A stretch of DNA of 64,000 nt from an uncultured Candidatus Poseidoniales archaeon (GCA_963934015.1 CAWVWT010000007.1:1088-65087); one strand, 5' to 3'; counted from the stretch's first letter, positions 26,314-36,340 are shown. Notes: generated by a model from the letters alone, not told the origin. Made by a program: numbers and translations.

Positions 26314-28522
26314 ATTCTTCCTCATCTTTCTGAATTGAAGGGGTCATAATCCAATTCAATGCGGTACCAATCAGAATCAGTGTCCAACCCGTCCAAACCA
26401 AATGGCTGCCCGTCAAATCATAGATGACAACCCGAATACGATCGACTGATTCACCCTGTTGCATTGTTACCGATATCCATGAAAGGTCATTCGCTTGACT
26501 CTGGTCGAATATCATCACAAGGTCTCCATGCGGGCGGTGCCAAATATCAGTTTCAGGTCGTGCATTGATACTACCTTCGTCAAATCGCAACATACCCGGT
26601 GTCAGCGTTGCAATGATTTCACCCTCGGCTTCTTTTCGAACTTCCACCGTGACGATGATTTTTCCATCACCCACATCTTCATCCCATTCATCATCATCAG
26701 GACTGGTTGCTGTTAACTCAGTGAATGTGTACCAATAATCCCCATGCTCGACGGGGGTATCCTTTGCAAGCATTACGATGTGGCTTGGATCTCCGCGCTG
26801 GACCAGTGTTGTGGTGAACACGTGTCCTACCAACAAGAGGAGGATTCCAAGGTGGGCAACATGAATGGCCATTCGACGCAATTGCAGTGGTTTACGACGC
26901 AATTGAAATTCCCTATATCTCACCCATACCAATCGCGCCATTGGGGGAATTGAAAATAGAAACAACGGTAAAGCAAAACCTGCAATCATGCCTCTTGTGA
27001 TTCCGTCCGAAAAATCATGATCAGCATCACCAGGTAATGCATCACCCATCGTGTAAGCAAACAATATGCTAACCAAAATCATACCACCCAGTAATCGTGG
27101 AATTAGATGTGGTTTGACGACTTTACGCCAACTGTAAACCATAAGGCCGAGAGCTACAAGACAGAGAAGTGGCAAACCAAATATTTCGTGCCACGCGAGA
27201 TTGGTGCCATCGACTTCAGCGAGCAGCAATAGCCATGTGAGTAAAAGGAAGGGGGAACCAACTGCCAATGGGATCCATAGAACAAGTCGTTGCTGCCAAC
27301 GTCCATCTTTCCAATTCAACGGAGGATCTTCTTGATCACCCATCAAAAACATAGGTGATAAGAAACAAAGCATTCCAATGATTGTAGCGGTCACCGTTAG
27401 TAGGAAAGCCCAGTAACTGAAGAGCATTAACATCACCCCAGCGGCCATCCACACAATGCGCTCTTTAGAGGCATATTGATTCCACAACAAGAAGGCAAAA
27501 ACACCAGCCAGAATCCCAACCTCTACTGTATCCATCCACGAACCAAGAAGCGCGCCTGCAATAATCGCCAAAGGGGCCCATTCTTGCTCTTCAGAATTTG
27601 CAAAATGTCGCGTACCCAACCACATCATACAGAACAGGGTGAGCAGATAGAGATGTACCTCAAGCCCAGCACCATCTTGAAAACCTAATTCCAAAATACG
27701 TTGAATCGGGCCCATGGATGGGTCGATTTCACCTTCGGCAACAAACGCATGCACACTGGCCCAAACACCATTTGCACGTGTGACGAGTGTGGCATGAATG
27801 GCGAAGAACGCGGGTACAATCCCCATGCCGATAAACCAATGATCTTCATTGGCCATACCCTTGGGTAATCTGAGATGAAGCAGAACAATCAGTGAAATCC
27901 ATGGTAATAGAGAACCGGTCTCTACTGGATCCCATGCCCAATATCCACCCCAATCCAATACAGTGTAAGCCCACAGACCTCCAAGACCGACGCCGAGTGT
28001 GCCGACCCACAATGCAGGACGTGCGAGGTGGAGGATTCTGTCTCGCGCGGGCGCACCCGGAAAGAGCATGGCTGAGATGGCATGTACACCCACACCCACA
28101 CATAGTGTGTAAAAAGCAAAAATCATTGGAGGGTGAATGACCATCAAATCTGTTTGCAATAAAGCGTTCAGACCAGGGCGGGAAATCACATCGCTGGGGG
28201 TCACACGGAATGGATTCAACATCAGTGCGATGAGGAGAAGTAGTGATGAGAAACCAACCAACAAGCGAAGTCGAAGTTGGTGTTGATTATCTGTTTCTGT
28301 CGGATGCTGTTCTCCATCGATTAGGATGAGTGCTCCCAGCATGGCAATCCAGAGTAGCAAGGGGCCCTCACGACCCGCCCAAATAGCGCTGATTCTGTAT
28401 AGAAGTGGTAAATCCGAGCCGCCGTGAAGCCAAACGTATTCGATATTCGAAAAATCGAAAAGGAAGAAAAACAACAATCCAGTAAAGGGCAACATCAATG
28501 CAATACCGAGGAGTTTTCTCAT
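26312..28522 (-). CDS. ccmF: cytochrome c-type biogenesis protein CcmF-like (haem lyase, WWD family)
   Basis: The WWD motif is WGGYWAWDPVETGSLLPW. The protein has ~15 TM helices and a C-terminal periplasmic-type domain before a last TM. ATG 28522 lies 4 nt after the upstream stop, so the track N-terminal extension is rejected. The protein ends ...KDEEE. Confidence 0.8.
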   Translation of the reverse strand: MRKLLGIALMLPFTGLLFFFLFDFSNIEYVWLHGGSDLPLLYRISAIWAGREGPLLLWIAMLGALILIDGEQHPTETDNQHQLRLRLLVGFSSLLLLIALMLNPFRVTPSDVISRPGLNALLQTDLMVIHPPMIFAFYTLCVGVGVHAISAMLFPGAPARDRILHLARPALWVGTLGVGLGGLWAYTVLDWGGYWAWDPVETGSLLPWISLIVLLHLRLPKGMANEDHWFIGMGIVPAFFAIHATLVTRANGVWASVHAFVAEGEIDPSMGPIQRILELGFQDGAGLEVHLYLLTLFCMMWLGTRHFANSEEQEWAPLAIIAGALLGSWMDTVEVGILAGVFAFLLWNQYASKERIVWMAAGVMLMLFSYWAFLLTVTATIIGMLCFLSPMFLMGDQEDPPLNWKDGRWQQRLVLWIPLAVGSPFLLLTWLLLLAEVDGTNLAWHEIFGLPLLCLVALGLMVYSWRKVVKPHLIPRLLGGMILVSILFAYTMGDALPGDADHDFSDGITRGMIAGFALPLFLFSIPPMARLVWVRYREFQLRRKPLQLRRMAIHVAHLGILLLLVGHVFTTTLVQRGDPSHIVMLAKDTPVEHGDYWYTFTELTATSPDDDEWDEDVGDGKIIVTVEVRKEAEGEIIATLTPGMLRFDEGSINARPETDIWHRPHGDLVMIFDQSQANDLSWISVTMQQGESVDRIRVVIYDLTGSHLVWTGWTLILIGTALNWIMTPSIQKDEEE

Positions 28523-28526
28523 CGAT

Positions 28527-29753
28527 TCACCATCCGTAGTACTTCGCACGGCTGTAACCAAATGCGAGCATTGCCGGGACGATTCGACGGAAATATAGAC
28601 TGGGTTTTCGAACCAGTAGACGTAGACCAACCATTGCTTTTCCATGCGGCCCCATGGCTGACATTTCCTGAGGGAAACACCGACCCATCAATGACATCTC
28701 ATCATCGCTGAGATTGTAAAGCGCTGTCTTGCCTTTGAGGATTTTCCCATAAGGTGGAAATTCATGTTTCCATGCCGCCTGATAGGCAACGAGATGTGAA
28801 CCGGAAAGATCCCCTGATTCGATTGCCGATTTTGCAGTTTGGGCTGCGAATACTGCTGATTTGAGGGCAAGGTGGGAACCACCTTCAAACAGAGGTGAGG
28901 TGAATCCTGCAGCATCACCGACGAGCATCAAACCATCTGCATATGTTCGTTCATGTGGACCTGAAATTGGAATCGTACCTCCGAATCCACGAACAGACAC
29001 TGAGCCGTCCCGCCAAGGTGGGTTTGTAATTTCAAGATCCGAGAAATGCGTGATGTCGATAAACGCGTCCAAGTCTTTTACAAGGCCTTTCTTATCCTCA
29101 CTAACAAGGCCGACATTGGCGCGACCATCGCATTTTGGAATCATCCAAAGATAGCCTTTCTTTGCATATTTCGGCCAAATGTAAAAGTCGAGATATCCAT
29201 CAGTGGGAACATCATGCATTTCGTATTGGATTCCTGCAATGACTTTCGGGCGCTCGTTGAGTTTGGTTAATTTGGAGCATACACCAGCAACGCCAGATGC
29301 GTCGATGATGATTTTTGTCGTAATGGGAAATGCATCACCCTTGCCTTCACATTGCCATCCAATGAATACACCTTCTGATTCAATGCGAGTCATTCCAGAC
29401 AGTTTGTGGCCCAAATTGAGGGTCGCCCCTTCGGCAACTGCTTCATCGGCAATCCACTGTTCAAACAGGTGCTTTTCAAGGACATAGCCCGGCTCTGAAA
29501 GGCGCTTCTCAGTTCCATCGGGGAAGATGACTCGAATACCATCAACACGCTTGCTGATTACTGATTCAGGTAGTTCTAATTCGAGATTGGCAACTGCGAT
29601 GTCGGACAAGCATTCCCCACAATGGACAGGGGTGCCGATTTCGGCGTGATCCTCGATGAGAATTACCGACAATCCTGCTCGAGCAGCATGCAATGCTGCA
29701 GCACCTCCACCGGGCCCAGCCCCGACGACGAGGACATCACACTCGGTTGCCAT
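28527..29753 (-). CDS. geranylgeranyl reductase family FAD-dependent oxidoreductase
   Basis: The FAD fingerprint is DVLVVGAGPGGGAAA plus the second FAD motif LVGDAAGFTSPLFEGG. The size (408 aa) is typical of archaeal GGR. Confidence 0.85.
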   Translation of the reverse strand: MATECDVLVVGAGPGGGAAALHAARAGLSVILIEDHAEIGTPVHCGECLSDIAVANLELELPESVISKRVDGIRVIFPDGTEKRLSEPGYVLEKHLFEQWIADEAVAEGATLNLGHKLSGMTRIESEGVFIGWQCEGKGDAFPITTKIIIDASGVAGVCSKLTKLNERPKVIAGIQYEMHDVPTDGYLDFYIWPKYAKKGYLWMIPKCDGRANVGLVSEDKKGLVKDLDAFIDITHFSDLEITNPPWRDGSVSVRGFGGTIPISGPHERTYADGLMLVGDAAGFTSPLFEGGSHLALKSAVFAAQTAKSAIESGDLSGSHLVAYQAAWKHEFPPYGKILKGKTALYNLSDDEMSLMGRCFPQEMSAMGPHGKAMVGLRLLVRKPSLYFRRIVPAMLAFGYSRAKYYGW

Positions 29754-29790
29754 TAGAGGGGGATACGGTCGATACGGGCCTTGAATCCCT

Positions 29791-29807
29791 CGGTGCCGTA
29801 GGCACCG
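29791..29807. repeat. perfect 17-nt GC palindrome CGGTGCC-GTA-GGCACCG (CCGTAGG-core family)
   Basis: Read directly from the sequence. It lies in the 98-nt divergent spacer between the GGR and UbiD-like genes, ~15 nt upstream of the TATA-like ATTTGATA (29823-29831). Confidence 0.7.
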
Positions 29808-29851
29808 GCGCGCGCCCGCTGGATTTGATAGGGGGAACGTTTCCGGAGACC

Positions 29852-31693
29852 ATGGGATGGCGCCGACTCGGACGTTACCTCCGCTCGTTGGAGGACAAGG
29901 CAGACCTCATCCGAATCACACATCCTGTAGATTGTAATCTAGAAGCCGGATGCATCGCTGATAAGCTCGTCAAGAATGGTGGCCCTGCTGTCATTTTTGA
30001 GCAACCTATACTTGCTGATGGAAGTATCTCAAAATTCCCATTAGCGATGAATTTATACGGAACAAGACGACGAACTAATCTGGCATTACGTGTCGAGGAA
30101 CCAAGCGAAATTGGGAGGAGATTAACAGACCTCATGAAACCTGATATCGGAACCTTTGTGAAACGGCCTTGGAAAGCTTGGCCACTCGCCATGAAGGCGC
30201 TCTCACTTCCTCCAAAGAAAGTCCGAAGGGGTGCATGCCAACAGGTCAGAATGGCTGAACCTGATCTAACCAAACTACCGATTCCTACAACTTGGCCAAT
30301 GGATGGAGGGCCATTCATTACATTGCCATTGGTAGTCACCAAAGACCCATCTACAAATGAGCATAACATGGGTATGTATCGGGCCCAAGTATTCAGCCCA
30401 ACCGAAGTAGGGCTGCACTGGCAGATGCACAAGCATGGAGCCGATCATGCTGCATCTAGTGAAGGGAAAATGCCGGTTGCAATTTGCCTAGGAGGGCCCC
30501 CCGAAGTGATGTTCAGTGCAATTGCTCCGCTACCAGATAATCTTGAGGAATACATGTTCGCAGGATTGTTGGGCCAAAAACGTCTCCGAATCACCAAGTG
30601 TCTGACTCAAGATTTGTGGATACCTGCCGAAGTTGATGTTGTCATTGAAGGATACACCATTCCAGGAGAAAATCGAACGGAGGGACCGTTTGGTGATCAC
30701 TTTGGACACTATTCACTCGAAGGAGAATTCCCCGTACTCCATGTAACAGCGATAACCCACCGCAAAGATGCGGTTGTGCCCATGACCATTGTAGGTAAAC
30801 CACCGATGGAGGATGGGTATCTGGGTGAAGCAATTGGAGATGCATTTCTCCCAGTCCTGCAATTCCAACATAGAGATGTACGTAATGTGTTCTTACCATT
30901 GGAAACGGGCTTTCACAATCTCGCAATCGTTTCCTCTAAGCAACGATATCCAGCTCAAGCACGTAAAACAGCACTAGGGCTATGGGGTGCTGGACAAATG
31001 ATGTTCCTCAAAACCATCGTTGCCACAGGACCAGAGCATGATGTCAAGAATCTTGATGCGTTGCTTGACGTGTTAGATCAAAATGTTTCAATTTCCGATG
31101 ACTTGATCGTGCTAGATGGAATGGTTGCTGACCAATTGGCACATGCTGCCCCGTACGAAGGTGTTCACTCTAAACTCCTAATTGATGCATCGACCCCACG
31201 GGAGCAAGCCGCCCCTAACATTTCACTTGATGGAATAAGTGGTATCTCACAGCATCGTTGGATCCGCCCATCAATGCTGGTCATCACAACAAAAATCGAA
31301 AGTGGGCCTTTAGAATCAGAAAATACAGAAGGTGTTAATGAAGATGGGGCAAAACGACAAAGGGATAAAATATCCCAATTGATGAATTCAATTTGGCAAT
31401 TGAATAATTCAGATAATCTTCGTTGGTTATTCATCACAGACGATAGCGTTGATTTAGATTCAGATGATATCATGCGAGTCTTGTTATGGCAACTTTTCTG
31501 TCGATTTGAAGTAAGCCGAGATTTGCATTATTCAGCTGAGAAGAACAGGGTTTGTTGGGATGCAACCGCCCCAATCCCTTCCGAAAATGGGAAGAAACCT
31601 GTGCGCAGGTGGCCTGCTGTTTGTATTCATAATCCAGATATACAGAAAAAGGTCGATGAATGGTATGAACTGGAGGTGAGAAAGTGGGTTTGA
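29852..31693 (+). CDS. UbiD-family (prenylated-FMN dependent) decarboxylase, long menaquinone-type
   Basis: The UbiD-family core runs from ...ITHPVD... through GPFITLPLVVTKDP, NMGMYR, HGADH to EGPFGDHFGHY. The ~120-aa C-terminal extension resembles, as I recall, the SCO4490-type decarboxylases of the futalosine pathway. The start is at ATG 29852. Confidence 0.8.
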   Translation: MGWRRLGRYLRSLEDKADLIRITHPVDCNLEAGCIADKLVKNGGPAVIFEQPILADGSISKFPLAMNLYGTRRRTNLALRVEEPSEIGRRLTDLMKPDIGTFVKRPWKAWPLAMKALSLPPKKVRRGACQQVRMAEPDLTKLPIPTTWPMDGGPFITLPLVVTKDPSTNEHNMGMYRAQVFSPTEVGLHWQMHKHGADHAASSEGKMPVAICLGGPPEVMFSAIAPLPDNLEEYMFAGLLGQKRLRITKCLTQDLWIPAEVDVVIEGYTIPGENRTEGPFGDHFGHYSLEGEFPVLHVTAITHRKDAVVPMTIVGKPPMEDGYLGEAIGDAFLPVLQFQHRDVRNVFLPLETGFHNLAIVSSKQRYPAQARKTALGLWGAGQMMFLKTIVATGPEHDVKNLDALLDVLDQNVSISDDLIVLDGMVADQLAHAAPYEGVHSKLLIDASTPREQAAPNISLDGISGISQHRWIRPSMLVITTKIESGPLESENTEGVNEDGAKRQRDKISQLMNSIWQLNNSDNLRWLFITDDSVDLDSDDIMRVLLWQLFCRFEVSRDLHYSAEKNRVCWDATAPIPSENGKKPVRRWPAVCIHNPDIQKKVDEWYELEVRKWV

Positions 31694-32535
31694 AAAATAT
31701 TCTAGAATTTGTGAAAATAGAACACACCCTATTTTCCCTCCCGTTTGTCTTCATCGGAGCATGGATTGCTGGTGAGCCAACCACCATGCAACTCACATGG
31801 ATTTTGATTGCAGCCACCGGTGCTAGGGGCTTGGCAATGTCTCTAAATCGTATCATCGATCGTGATATTGACGCAAAGAATCCACGCACGTCTAGTCGGC
31901 ATCTGGCCAATGGAGAAATGTCCCTGAAAACTGCCTGGTCACTGTGTGCATTATTCATGGGAATGCTGCTCTTAGGTGCAGGGAAATTGAACTCAGTTGC
32001 TCTCGCCATGAGTTGGCTCCCTGTGCTTGCTTTCGTGATTTATCCCTACACAAAACGTATCACGTGGGCTTGCCATCTGTGGCTTGGTTTGTGTTTGGGA
32101 CTTGCACCTGCTGGAGCTTGGCTCGGAATCGTCGGAGGTGATTTGGGGTGGGCTGCTATTACTGAATTACACTGGTACCCTACTATTTTCTGGATATGTC
32201 TTGGCGTGATGTTTTGGATTGCGGCTTTCGACCTCAATTATGCTTTGATGGATATCGAAAATGATCAGCAAAACGGAATCCAATCTTTCCCCGCTCGATT
32301 CGGTGAGCACCATACTCTGCGAACCAGTGTTCAATTTACCCTCTTGTGGTTTGCATGTTTTGCGATTGCAAATCCGATTGATGAAATCACATTTTTGGGT
32401 GCAGCTCTCCTCATGTGTATCATCAATGCAGGAGTGATTATTGGACAACAACGGTTTGCTGATTTTCAAAAGATTTTCTTTTACACTAGCGTTGTCACGG
32501 GTTGGGTTTTACTTGGAGGACTGATGGCTGCATGA
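31684..32535 (+). CDS. UbiA-family aromatic prenyltransferase
   Basis: NRIIDRDIDAKNPRT (NxxxDxxxD) and a second Asp-rich motif (ALMDIENDQ) are present, with ~8 TM helices. The GTG start overlaps the UbiD-like stop. Confidence 0.85.
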   Translation: MGLKNILEFVKIEHTLFSLPFVFIGAWIAGEPTTMQLTWILIAATGARGLAMSLNRIIDRDIDAKNPRTSSRHLANGEMSLKTAWSLCALFMGMLLLGAGKLNSVALAMSWLPVLAFVIYPYTKRITWACHLWLGLCLGLAPAGAWLGIVGGDLGWAAITELHWYPTIFWICLGVMFWIAAFDLNYALMDIENDQQNGIQSFPARFGEHHTLRTSVQFTLLWFACFAIANPIDEITFLGAALLMCIINAGVIIGQQRFADFQKIFFYTSVVTGWVLLGGLMAA

Positions 32536-34838
32536 GTGATGATGTGGACCCATTTGACCTCTCAAAGGCACTTGAAGGCGCGGCAAAAACTCATCTCGAC
32601 CCCTTGTTTTCGAAGTTTCAACTCCACTCGGAATATGGATTAGCGGGTGACCAAGAAAAAGCAATTGAGAAATCTCTTTCTCAATTGAGAAACTCACAAT
32701 CTCGATGTGTGATGCTAGGCGTCACGGGATCGGGAAAAACATTCGCTATGGCCAATATCATTCAAGCATTGAATATCCCGACATTGATTCTATCCCATAA
32801 CAAAACTCTGTCACGCCAACTTTGGCAAGAAATGTCGGGATTATTCCCAGGAAATGCAGTCGAATATTTTGTATCCCATTATGACTACTATCAACCTGAA
32901 GCTTATCTCCCAAAGCGCGATTTATACATCGAGAAGGAACTTTCATTGAACGAACGTATCGAGCAAGAGAGATTCTCTACTGTGGCGTCATTGGTATCAA
33001 GACCTGATGTACTCGTAGTGGCAACCGTTTCAGCAATTTATGGCCTCAATCCCCCCGAGACATTTTTGCAACAGCATGCACGACTTCATGTTGGACAACA
33101 AGTGGAGCCACAAGAAGTGGTCAAGGAATTAGTTGCGCTGCAGTATCGACGTGTGACGGGAGAAATTACACGCGGTGAATTGCGCTTAAGGGGGGAAGTG
33201 ATCGATTTGTGGATGCCCAGTCGTGACGACCCAATCCGCATTCGATTTGATTTGGACGGGATTACAAATATTCGGGTCTGTGAAGCTGTTTCGTGGGAAG
33301 CAATCGATGAAATAGAGGAGGTTTGGATTCACCCAAAGGAGTTTTTCATGACTGAGCCAGAACGATTTGAAAAAGCCTTGGAGGACATTGAATTTGAATT
33401 ACAACAGCGATTGGATTTCTTTGAGAAAGCTGGCATGGATTTGGAAGCACATCGATTAGAATCAAAAACGCGTTACGATTTAGATATGCTGCGAGAAATT
33501 GGCCACTGCCGTAGTGTAGAGAATTATTCCATGCACTTTGATGGGCGTGATTTTGGTGAACGCCCATACTGCCTGCTTGATTTCTTCGGCGCGTGTGCGA
33601 AGACATTTCATGGTTCGAAGGAAAAATTCTTGGTTATCATGGATGAAAGTCATGCCACACTACCACAATTAGGGGGCATGTATCATGGCGATAAATCAAG
33701 AAAAGAAAATTTGATTGAACATGGGTTTAGGTTACCCTCTGCTGCAGAAAATAGGCCACTGATGGCGCATGAATTTCAGGCATTGGTTCCACAGATACTC
33801 TATGTGAGTGCAACTCCAGGTGAACGTGAATTACGTCAACTTTGTGAATCAACAGGACAGCCTATCCCCGAAGTAGATCCAAAGGCAAAGCGAAAGCCAT
33901 TGCTGAAAGATACCTTGGGTGAAATTCAAGGCATTTCCAAAATGGAAATCCGTCCCACAGGATTGCTTGACCCCGCTATCGAAGTTCGGCCTACTGAGGG
34001 GCAAATACAGGATTTACTAGGTGAAATTACAGCATGTGCACAGAATAATGAACGAGTTTTGGTCACTGTGCTGACAATAAAATTCGCAGAAGAAGTTGCT
34101 GATTATCTACAACGTATGGGAGTGAAAGCACACTATCTGCACTCTGAGATTGACACACTAGAACGGAGTGAAATCATCAAAGCATTGCGTATTGGCCACA
34201 TAGATGTAATCGTGGGAATCAATCTTCTACGCGAAGGCCTAGATATTCCTGAAGTCAGTTTGGTTGCAATATTTGATGCCGATAAAGAAGGCTTTCTACG
34301 AAATGAACGGAGCCTTTTGCAAACGATAGGAAGGGCTTCAAGAAATCAGAATGGACGGGTTATCCTTTATGCGAATACAATGGGACGCGCAATGGAATCT
34401 GCTATTTCCCAAACAATCGAGCGGAGGCAAAAACAAATTGAACATAATATTGCGAATGGAATCACCCCGAAAACTATTGAGAAACCCTTGCCAGTAATGG
34501 GAATTGAGGCTGAACAACTTCTGGCTGGGACCGCAGGTAAAGGCATGACTGGTGGAAAGAGATTTGTCGGTGGTTTTTCGGGTCAAAGCAGTAAAGAAAA
34601 GGATAGTGATTTGATTACTAAATTCGATCTCGGTGCGGGTTCATGGGGGAATGATATCATCTCCAACTTATCTCAACCCTCAGATGATGATGTATCCGAA
34701 GCCAGTACATATTCAGAAACACAATTAATTGAGCGGTTAAGACGAGAAATGAATCAAGCTGCTACACGACTTGACTTTGAAAAAGCAGCCAAGTTGAGGG
34801 ATAGAATATTTCAATTGGAAAACTTAAATATCAATTGA
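32532..34838 (+). CDS. uvrB: excinuclease ABC subunit B
   Basis: GVTGSGKTF, ILSHNKTLSRQL, YFVSHYDYYQPEAY, DESH, helicase motifs V/VI and the C-terminal UVR motif FEKAAKLRDRIFQLE are all present. ATG 32532 overlaps the UbiA-family stop (ATGA). Confidence 0.95.
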   Translation: MSDDVDPFDLSKALEGAAKTHLDPLFSKFQLHSEYGLAGDQEKAIEKSLSQLRNSQSRCVMLGVTGSGKTFAMANIIQALNIPTLILSHNKTLSRQLWQEMSGLFPGNAVEYFVSHYDYYQPEAYLPKRDLYIEKELSLNERIEQERFSTVASLVSRPDVLVVATVSAIYGLNPPETFLQQHARLHVGQQVEPQEVVKELVALQYRRVTGEITRGELRLRGEVIDLWMPSRDDPIRIRFDLDGITNIRVCEAVSWEAIDEIEEVWIHPKEFFMTEPERFEKALEDIEFELQQRLDFFEKAGMDLEAHRLESKTRYDLDMLREIGHCRSVENYSMHFDGRDFGERPYCLLDFFGACAKTFHGSKEKFLVIMDESHATLPQLGGMYHGDKSRKENLIEHGFRLPSAAENRPLMAHEFQALVPQILYVSATPGERELRQLCESTGQPIPEVDPKAKRKPLLKDTLGEIQGISKMEIRPTGLLDPAIEVRPTEGQIQDLLGEITACAQNNERVLVTVLTIKFAEEVADYLQRMGVKAHYLHSEIDTLERSEIIKALRIGHIDVIVGINLLREGLDIPEVSLVAIFDADKEGFLRNERSLLQTIGRASRNQNGRVILYANTMGRAMESAISQTIERRQKQIEHNIANGITPKTIEKPLPVMGIEAEQLLAGTAGKGMTGGKRFVGGFSGQSSKEKDSDLITKFDLGAGSWGNDIISNLSQPSDDDVSEASTYSETQLIERLRREMNQAATRLDFEKAAKLRDRIFQLENLNIN

Positions 34839-34845
34839 TAATTTT

Positions 34846-34876
34846 GACCCGCCACTTCAAGTGAGAGTGGTGGGTC
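34846..34876 (+). terminator. strong 11-bp stem-loop between uvrB and deoxyhypusine synthase
   Basis: GACCCGCCACT-(9 nt loop)-AGTGGTGGGTC forms 10 Watson-Crick pairs plus 1 G-U pair. It starts 8 nt after the uvrB stop and ends 14 nt before ATG 34891. Confidence 0.45.
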
Positions 34877-34890
34877 GCCAAGCCGTTCAC

Positions 34891-35868
34891 ATGCCGGTAA
34901 ACCGCGATGATTTCGACGTACCTGTCGAGGACTACAATTTCAGCGTAATCAGCGGAGTCCCATCACTGATTGATCAAATGGCACAAGCGGGTGGATTTAC
35001 GGCAACAAAACTTGCACATGCTAGAAATATTCTCAAAAATGCAATCACAAAGTCACAAACCGAGGGGGTACTCAATTGGCTTTCATTTCCCGCATGTCTT
35101 TGTGCAACAGGGACTCGTGGTTTCTTCGTTGAAGCGATAAAACGCAAGGCATACAATGTCATCATCACAACATGCGGTACACTTGACCATGATATCGCGC
35201 GCACCTTCCAACCCTACTACCACGGTGCCTTTGAGTTGGATGATGTTGAACTTGGGGAGCAAGGTTTGAATCGCCTTGGCAACGTCATTATACCCAATGA
35301 ATGCTATGGAGATATTATTGAGAAATCGGTTCTTCCTTGGCTTGATGAAATTGATGCTGAGCGACGGAATATGAATCCCGAAAATCCTTGGCTCGGTTTT
35401 GGGAGTATCGAATTGTGTTGGGCTTTTGGAGATCGTATTGAGGATGAGAGTAGCTTGTTACACTGGGCCGCAAAGCACAGAATTCCAATTGTAATCCCCG
35501 GTCTATCCGATGGGTCGATTGGTGCTCAATTGTTTATGCATCGACAGAAAAACCCAGATTTCATGATTGACTTTTTGGCTGATGAACAGGTTCTATCTGA
35601 TCTTACCTGGACCTGTAATGAAAGTCACGCATTGATGATTGGAGGAGGCATTTCGAAGCATCACGTAATCTGGTGGAATCAGTATCGTGACGGATTGGAC
35701 TCTGCTGTTGGTATTACAACTGCACCTGAGTACGATGGGAGTCTATCTGGTGCGCGATTGAAAGAGGCTATTTCTTGGGGTAAAATTCACCCTGATGCGC
35801 CTCAGGTAACTGTGGAGGGGGACGCGAGTGTTCTACTTCCATTGCTTGGTTCAGACTTGTTCGGCTGA
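34891..35868 (+). CDS. dys: deoxyhypusine synthase
   Basis: The family-typical segments are GGFTA..L..A, IITTCGTLDHD, IVIPGLSDGSIG and MIGGGISKHH. The size of ~325 aa fits. Confidence 0.85.
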   Translation: MPVNRDDFDVPVEDYNFSVISGVPSLIDQMAQAGGFTATKLAHARNILKNAITKSQTEGVLNWLSFPACLCATGTRGFFVEAIKRKAYNVIITTCGTLDHDIARTFQPYYHGAFELDDVELGEQGLNRLGNVIIPNECYGDIIEKSVLPWLDEIDAERRNMNPENPWLGFGSIELCWAFGDRIEDESSLLHWAAKHRIPIVIPGLSDGSIGAQLFMHRQKNPDFMIDFLADEQVLSDLTWTCNESHALMIGGGISKHHVIWWNQYRDGLDSAVGITTAPEYDGSLSGARLKEAISWGKIHPDAPQVTVEGDASVLLPLLGSDLFG

Positions 35869-36327
35869 ATGGGCAATACATTCCATCAAACCAACGCGCA
35901 TGGTCGTCATCGGCCGCCAACCATCTGTGCCACAAGCAATCATTGCGTCATGTAGTGGTCCAAGATTGGGTCGCCGACGTTCACCACTATATCGGACCGC
36001 TGCGGGTGAAGGGACCTCACTCAGAGATTCGGCTGTGTGCGAATGCTCTACGGCGTTTTGAAAGCGGGTCCAAAGGCACTTTATTTCGTCTACTACCATC
36101 GCTTGAGTCCAAGCACGACGACCACAGAGCTGAAATGTTCCGGCCATATTATTCTCCGAAAGTATACGCTGAGCAACTTCTGCATCACGAATGTGAACCC
36201 AATGGTAAATTGTTGGATCTATTTTAGGCTCTTCGTCTACCAATATGGCAGATATCCAGTGGTTAATTGGACCATCACCACTCGGCGAGTATACATCTGT
36301 GAATTGGATTTCTAGTGAGCCTGACAT
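35851..36327 (-). CDS. hypothetical protein (158 aa), co-directional with and 13 nt downstream of the aminotransferase
   Basis: This is a clean ORF with no family recognised. His-rich patches are present (HWVHIRD, EHSH). Its 3' end overlaps the convergent dys gene by 18 nt. Confidence 0.5.
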   Translation of the reverse strand: MSGSLEIQFTDVYSPSGDGPINHWISAILVDEEPKIDPTIYHWVHIRDAEVAQRILSENNMAGTFQLCGRRAWTQAMVVDEIKCLWTRFQNAVEHSHTAESLSEVPSPAAVRYSGERRRPNLGPLHDAMIACGTDGWRPMTTMRVGLMECIAHSAEQV

Positions 36328-36340
36328 TCTGATTCACCAC

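Noticed and set aside
28523-29851. Long N-terminal extensions in the track for the CcmF-like gene (to 28645), the UbiD-like gene (from 29693) and the biotin carboxylase gene (to 21721), which would overlap neighbouring genes by 60-120 nt.
   Set aside because: In each case an internal ATG lies 4-10 nt beyond the neighbouring gene's stop (or has an SD). The family-conserved sequence starts only after that ATG.
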